A stretch of 64,000 nucleotides of DNA from positions 1,344,001 to 1,408,000 of the forward strand of contig CAWKHF010000012.1 in the NCBI GenBank assembly GCA_963849325.1. The letters run 5' to 3'. The position numbers were made by a program, and so were the translations under genes. Every line of letters begins with the position of its first letter. Position 1 is the stretch's first letter. The notes beneath the pieces are model-generated. The model did no database searches and had not been told where the DNA came from. It was given only the letters and a program-made list of their open reading frames with translations. This DNA comes from an uncultured Planctomycetota bacterium (GTDB lineage: Bacteria; Planctomycetota; Planctomycetia; Gemmatales; Gemmataceae). This document shows positions 60,078 to 64,000 of the stretch, one piece after another.

Positions 60078-60243
60078 GATGCGTTTCCTTCTCGACGGAG
60101 CCGTACGCCTCGATCCGGGCCTACCCTTGTGAACCCTCATTTTGCCTTTTTGTTTGACTCCAGACAAGTTGTCTTATATTTTAATTCTCACCTTTCCGTT
60201 TTCCGTTCCTCCCTCGTGCCGTCGGGCCAAGGAGCGTGAGCGC

Positions 60244-61251
60244 ATGAACAACAGCGAAGCGATTCGAGAGCAACTGGACCAGTTTCGGGCCGATTTTCAG
60301 CGGCTGCGCCGCGAAATCGCCAAGGTCATCGTCGGCCAGGACGAGGTTGTCGAGGGGACGCTGACCGCATTGATCGCGGGAGGTCACGTCCTGCTGGAGG
60401 GCGTGCCGGGCCTGGGCAAGACGCTGCTGGTGCGGACGCTGGCCGACGCCTTGCACTTGCGGTTCCAGCGCATCCAGTTCACGCCCGACCTGATGCCGGC
60501 GGACCTGATCGGCACCAACATCGTGCTGGAGAAGGCCGACGGCGGTCGCCGTTTCGAGTTCCAGCGCGGCCCGGTGTTCGCCAACATTCTGCTGGCCGAC
60601 GAGATCAACCGGGCCACGCCCAAGACGCAGTCGGCCCTGCTGGAGTCGATGCAAGAACACAACGTCACGGTGGCGGGGCAAACGTATCCGCTGCCGGAAC
60701 CGTTCTTCGTTATGGCGACGCAGAACCCGCTGGAGATGGAGGGCACTTATCCGCTGCCCGAGGCGCAGCTCGACCGCTTCTTCTTCAAGCTGCTGGTTCC
60801 GTATCCGAGCTTCAGCGAGGTCGAGGCGATCCTGGACCGCACCACCGAGGCGGCGCGGCCGAGGGCCGAGCCGATCTTCGATGGTCAGCGCATTCTCGCC
60901 CTGTCGCAGCTGGCCCGCGAGATCCCCATCGCCGGCGAGATTCGCCGTTACGGCATCGCCCTGGTGATGGCCACGCACCCGGACAACGAGCTGGCGGCGC
61001 CGATGACCAAGCAATACGTCCGCTATGGCAGTAGTCCACGCGGAGCGCAGGCGATCATCCTGGCGGCCAAGCTGCGGGCCATCCTTGACAATCGTTATCA
61101 CGTGGCCCGCGACGACATCCGCGCCGTCGCTCCGGCCGCTCTGCGGCACCGCCTTATCCTCAACTTCGAGGGGCAGGCCGAGAACATTCAGACCGACGAG
61201 GTGATCGAGAACGTGCTGGATACGGTACAGGAACCGGCAATGGTCGCGTGA
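60244..61251 (+). CDS. MoxR-family AAA+ ATPase
   Basis: HVLLEGVPGLGKT, RIQFTPDLMPAD, LADEINRATPKTQSALLE, ATQNPLEMEGTYPLPEAQLDRF, SPRG. Confidence 0.96.
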   Translation: MNNSEAIREQLDQFRADFQRLRREIAKVIVGQDEVVEGTLTALIAGGHVLLEGVPGLGKTLLVRTLADALHLRFQRIQFTPDLMPADLIGTNIVLEKADGGRRFEFQRGPVFANILLADEINRATPKTQSALLESMQEHNVTVAGQTYPLPEPFFVMATQNPLEMEGTYPLPEAQLDRFFFKLLVPYPSFSEVEAILDRTTEAARPRAEPIFDGQRILALSQLAREIPIAGEIRRYGIALVMATHPDNELAAPMTKQYVRYGSSPRGAQAIILAAKLRAILDNRYHVARDDIRAVAPAALRHRLILNFEGQAENIQTDEVIENVLDTVQEPAMVA

Positions 61252-61270
61252 CGAAACGCAATTACCCGCA

Positions 61271-61320
61271 AGCCCGGAGCGCCAGCGACGGGTAAGAACC
61301 CGTCGCTGGCGCTCCGGGCT
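61271..61320. repeat. REP-like palindrome, family A
   Basis: agcccggagcgccagcgacgggt ... acccgtcgctggcgctccgggct. Confidence 0.9.
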
Positions 61321-61361
61321 AGTGGGAATAATCAAAAGAGATCCCTATCGGGTGATCCCTC

Positions 61362-62243
61362 ATGGCCCTCTTCGACTCCGATTTCCTGAAGAAGCTCGAA
61401 TACCTCTCGCTGGTCTCCAAGCGCGTCTTCCGCGGCACGCTGATGGCCCAGCGGCGGACGATGCAGCTAGGCGGCGGCATCGAGTTCGCCGACCACCGCG
61501 AATACACGCCCGGCGATGACTTCCGCTATCTCGACTGGAACCTCTACGCTCGCCACGACGAACTGCTGCTCAAGCGTTTTCAGGAAGAGGAAGACCTGCA
61601 CGTCTACCTTCTACTCGACTGCTCGCGCAGCATGGCCTTCGGTGCGCCGCCCAAGTTCGACTTCGCTCGCCAGGTGACGGCGGCGCTGGCCTACATCGCC
61701 CTGGCCGACCTGGATCGCATCGCCGTGACGGCCTTCGCCGACGACATCGTCGCCGACTTCCCGCTGACGCGCGGCAAGGGACGCATCCTGTCGCTCTTGA
61801 GCTTCCTCGAAAACCTCGCGCCGCAAGGGGCTGATACGAACCTGGCTCGCGTCGCCGGCGGCTTCGTCCACCGCAACCAGCGGCGCGGCCTGGCGATCGT
61901 GGTCAGCGACCTCTACGATCCCAGCGGCTTCGAGCGCGGCCTGGATCTGCTGCGGCACCGCCGCTACGAGCCGCACGTCGTCCAGGTCCACGACCGCCGC
62001 GAGGCCGAACCCAAGAATATGCTCGGCGACCTGGAGTTGTTCGACATCGAGACGTTGCTGGGCCGCAAGGTGACGGTGACGGAAAAGAACCTGCGGCAGT
62101 ACCGCAAACTATTCGAGGCGTTCCAGCAGTCCGTGCAACGCTACTGCAACCAGTACGGCCTGGGCTGCACGCGGACGTCAACGGAGATCCCATTTGATGA
62201 ACTGATTCTCAAGATGATGCGGGTGGCGGGCGCGGTGCGTTGA
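61362..62243 (+). CDS. DUF58 (vWA-like) protein
   Basis: EFADHREYTPGDDFRYLDWN, LLDCSRSM, VVSDLY. Confidence 0.94.
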   Translation: MALFDSDFLKKLEYLSLVSKRVFRGTLMAQRRTMQLGGGIEFADHREYTPGDDFRYLDWNLYARHDELLLKRFQEEEDLHVYLLLDCSRSMAFGAPPKFDFARQVTAALAYIALADLDRIAVTAFADDIVADFPLTRGKGRILSLLSFLENLAPQGADTNLARVAGGFVHRNQRRGLAIVVSDLYDPSGFERGLDLLRHRRYEPHVVQVHDRREAEPKNMLGDLELFDIETLLGRKVTVTEKNLRQYRKLFEAFQQSVQRYCNQYGLGCTRTSTEIPFDELILKMMRVAGAVR

Positions 62244-62289
62244 TCCCTGCCGCTGACGGCGTGAGTCGTTTATACTGAGGAGATGGCGT

Positions 62290-62874
62290 ATGCCCCTGTT
62301 TTACCGAGGTGCGGGGCCGGGGACTTATTGGCACGTCAACGATGCTCGGCTCACCGGCTTTACGGCGCAGTCCCCGGGGATGGCGCGCGGGATCAATCAA
62401 CTGCGGCTGCACATCGCTCGGGGCACGGTGGCCAGCCCTTACATCTCCCTAACTCGCTCTTACGGGATCGCCTGGAATTATGCGGTCTTCGCCGGTACGA
62501 CTGTCGCCGTGGCCACGGTGGCGAACCCCGGTTACGTCTATGAGATCGAGATTGACAAGCCCGCGCCCGCAGGGGTTGTCTTGTTCGATCCCATTAAGGA
62601 AGTCGCCGATGAAGTGCCCAAACCTCTCGATCCGGGACCTCCCTATCAGCACGATGGTGACCCGGATTTCCTGCTGGGAGTAATCAATCCGGCGAGCATG
62701 CCGGCGTTTTTATCAACACCGTATCGGCAACCCCCTCCGGGCGGAGGTGTGGTTCGACCGCCTAACCTGTCGATGGACCTGGAAACCCTGGTGCGGGCGC
62801 TGCGCGATGCGGAAATCCTCGCGGTCGGTAGCATCCCCACTCCCTGCATCCGTCGTCGCATTGATGTGTTTTAA
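62290..62874 (+). CDS. Putative mono-ADP-ribosyltransferase, pertussis/cholera toxin A (R-S-E) class
   Basis: FYRG; GFTA; HI; SPYISLTRS; GYVYEI; DAEILAVGSIP..CIRR, in the order of the PT-S1/CT-A motifs; GAGGAG RBS. Confidence 0.75.
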   Translation: MPLFYRGAGPGTYWHVNDARLTGFTAQSPGMARGINQLRLHIARGTVASPYISLTRSYGIAWNYAVFAGTTVAVATVANPGYVYEIEIDKPAPAGVVLFDPIKEVADEVPKPLDPGPPYQHDGDPDFLLGVINPASMPAFLSTPYRQPPPGGGVVRPPNLSMDLETLVRALRDAEILAVGSIPTPCIRRRIDVF

Positions 62875-62897
62875 CGACGCCCCTTGGAGAAAAGTCG

Positions 62898-63221
62898 ATG
62901 CCAGAAATCCTGACCATTGATCTGAAAAAGCAAATCCCCGTCCAGGGCCAAGTCGAGTTTCTCCGCGCCGAGACTTCCGCAAAATACCGAACTCCCTTTG
63001 TTCTCGTCCGCTATGCCCTGCATGGCGCCGAACAAAAGGAGGGCTTGCGACTCGACCTGGACAAACGCGCCTTCCTGGACCACTTTGAGGACTCTTCCTT
63101 GGAAGCGACGGTTGCCAGGGAGGCGGCGGCTATCGCGGAGTTCGTGGGTGACTTTCTTTCCCGCCGTGGTCCGAATCGTGAGGCCCGGCTGCCTTCTGAC
63201 GAGGAAAGCCTTACTTCATGA
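62898..63221 (+). CDS. Small hypothetical protein (candidate antitoxin/immunity partner)
   Basis: 107-aa ORF with GGAGA RBS, directly after the ART gene; stop overlaps the next start (ATGA). Confidence 0.65.
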   Translation: MPEILTIDLKKQIPVQGQVEFLRAETSAKYRTPFVLVRYALHGAEQKEGLRLDLDKRAFLDHFEDSSLEATVAREAAAIAEFVGDFLSRRGPNREARLPSDEESLTS

Positions 63222-64000
63222 ACCTCGCGAACCCCGCAGCACTGATCTGGGCCACCCTGGCGGTCCCGATCGTGATCTTCTACATTCTGAAGATCCGCCT
63301 CCGCCGCGTGCCGGTGTCCACCATCCTCTTCTGGAGGCAGATCTTCGAGGAGAAGAAGCCGCGCTCGCTGTGGCAGCGGCTGCGCCATCTGCTGTCGCTG
63401 CTGGTGCAACTGGCCTTCTTGTTCCTGCTGGTCGGCGCTCTGGTACAGCCGTTCTTCTCGTGGGAGATCGATGCGGCCCGCCGCGTCGTGCTGGTGATCG
63501 ACAATTCCGCCAGCATGAACGCGACGGACGGAGCCCCGACCCGTTTGGCGCGGGCCAAGGAGTTCGGACAGCGCGTCATCGACGGCCTGCGCGCCCGCGA
63601 TGAGATGGCCATCGTCGCCGCCGGCACGCAGCCGCAAGTCCTCTGCGGTCTGACCGGCCATCAGCGCACCTTGCACGAACACCTCGCCGGCGTCCCGGCC
63701 AGCGATGGGCCGACGCACGTCGCCGAGGCTGTCGCCCTGGCTCGCCGTCTCCTCGCCGACGACAAGGCCGAAGAGAAACACGTACAGGTCATCGTGCTCA
63801 CCGACGGCTGCGCCAAGGACATGCAAGCGGTCACCGAGATGGAGAACGTGCGGGTCGTCGCGGTCGGCCAGCGCAGCGGCAACGTGGCCATCACTGCCTT
63901 CCAGGTGCGCCGCAGCCTGCTCGATCCCATCGGTTATGAGATCCTTACCGAAGTCGTCAATCATTCGGACGACCCCGTGGAGTGCCGTCTGGAAATCCAG
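63218..64000 (+). CDS. BatA-type N-terminal double-TM + vWA domain protein (partial)
   Basis: Manual translation MNLANPAALIWATLAVPIVIFYILKIRLRRVPVSTILFW...LVIDNSASM (MIDAS DxSxS)...IVLTDG; runs off the window. Confidence 0.92.
   Translation, partial: MNLANPAALIWATLAVPIVIFYILKIRLRRVPVSTILFWRQIFEEKKPRSLWQRLRHLLSLLVQLAFLFLLVGALVQPFFSWEIDAARRVVLVIDNSASMNATDGAPTRLARAKEFGQRVIDGLRARDEMAIVAAGTQPQVLCGLTGHQRTLHEHLAGVPASDGPTHVAEAVALARRLLADDKAEEKHVQVIVLTDGCAKDMQAVTEMENVRVVAVGQRSGNVAITAFQVRRSLLDPIGYEILTEVVNHSDDPVECRLEIQ

Noticed and set aside
62240-62280. Dedicated promoter for the ART gene (TATACT at 62271)
   Set aside because: No correctly spaced -35 or extended -10; too close to the RBS to call.

Overview
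High-GC bacterial DNA, most likely a planctomycete (Gemmataceae-like; inferred from DUF1559, DUF1549/DUF1553, DUF1581/1583-like, YTV-like Cys-rich and WD40 genes). Many genes, including housekeeping ones (gpsA, purC, fadJ, fadD), carry single-base frameshifts, which points to assembly indel errors more than real pseudogenes. Core content: dnaG (partial), selD, gpsA, mqnA-mqnC, a beta-oxidation operon ending in a large FixC/ferredoxin/acyl-CoA-dehydrogenase-like/ETF-beta fusion, purC, a prolyl oligopeptidase, and a DUF1549/1553 - WD40 - giant TPR cluster divergent from a MoxR-DUF58-BatA/vWA operon. Most notable: (1) a pertussis/cholera-toxin-like ADP-ribosyltransferase with no signal peptide, plus a small partner gene, inside the MoxR operon; (2) a secreted Cys-rich protein with two different, mirrored 6x32-aa repeat arrays; (3) a palindromic repeat whose arm holds a 1010-bp mobile-DNA fragment truncated at both ends; (4) three duplicated, diverged gene ends, two of them bracketing inserts (one is selD); (5) about seven families of REP-like hairpins, three copies read in-frame inside proteins; (6) a complete ISKra4-like IS with TIRs and a 9-bp target duplication. 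All product calls come from motif recognition by eye; no database searches were run.
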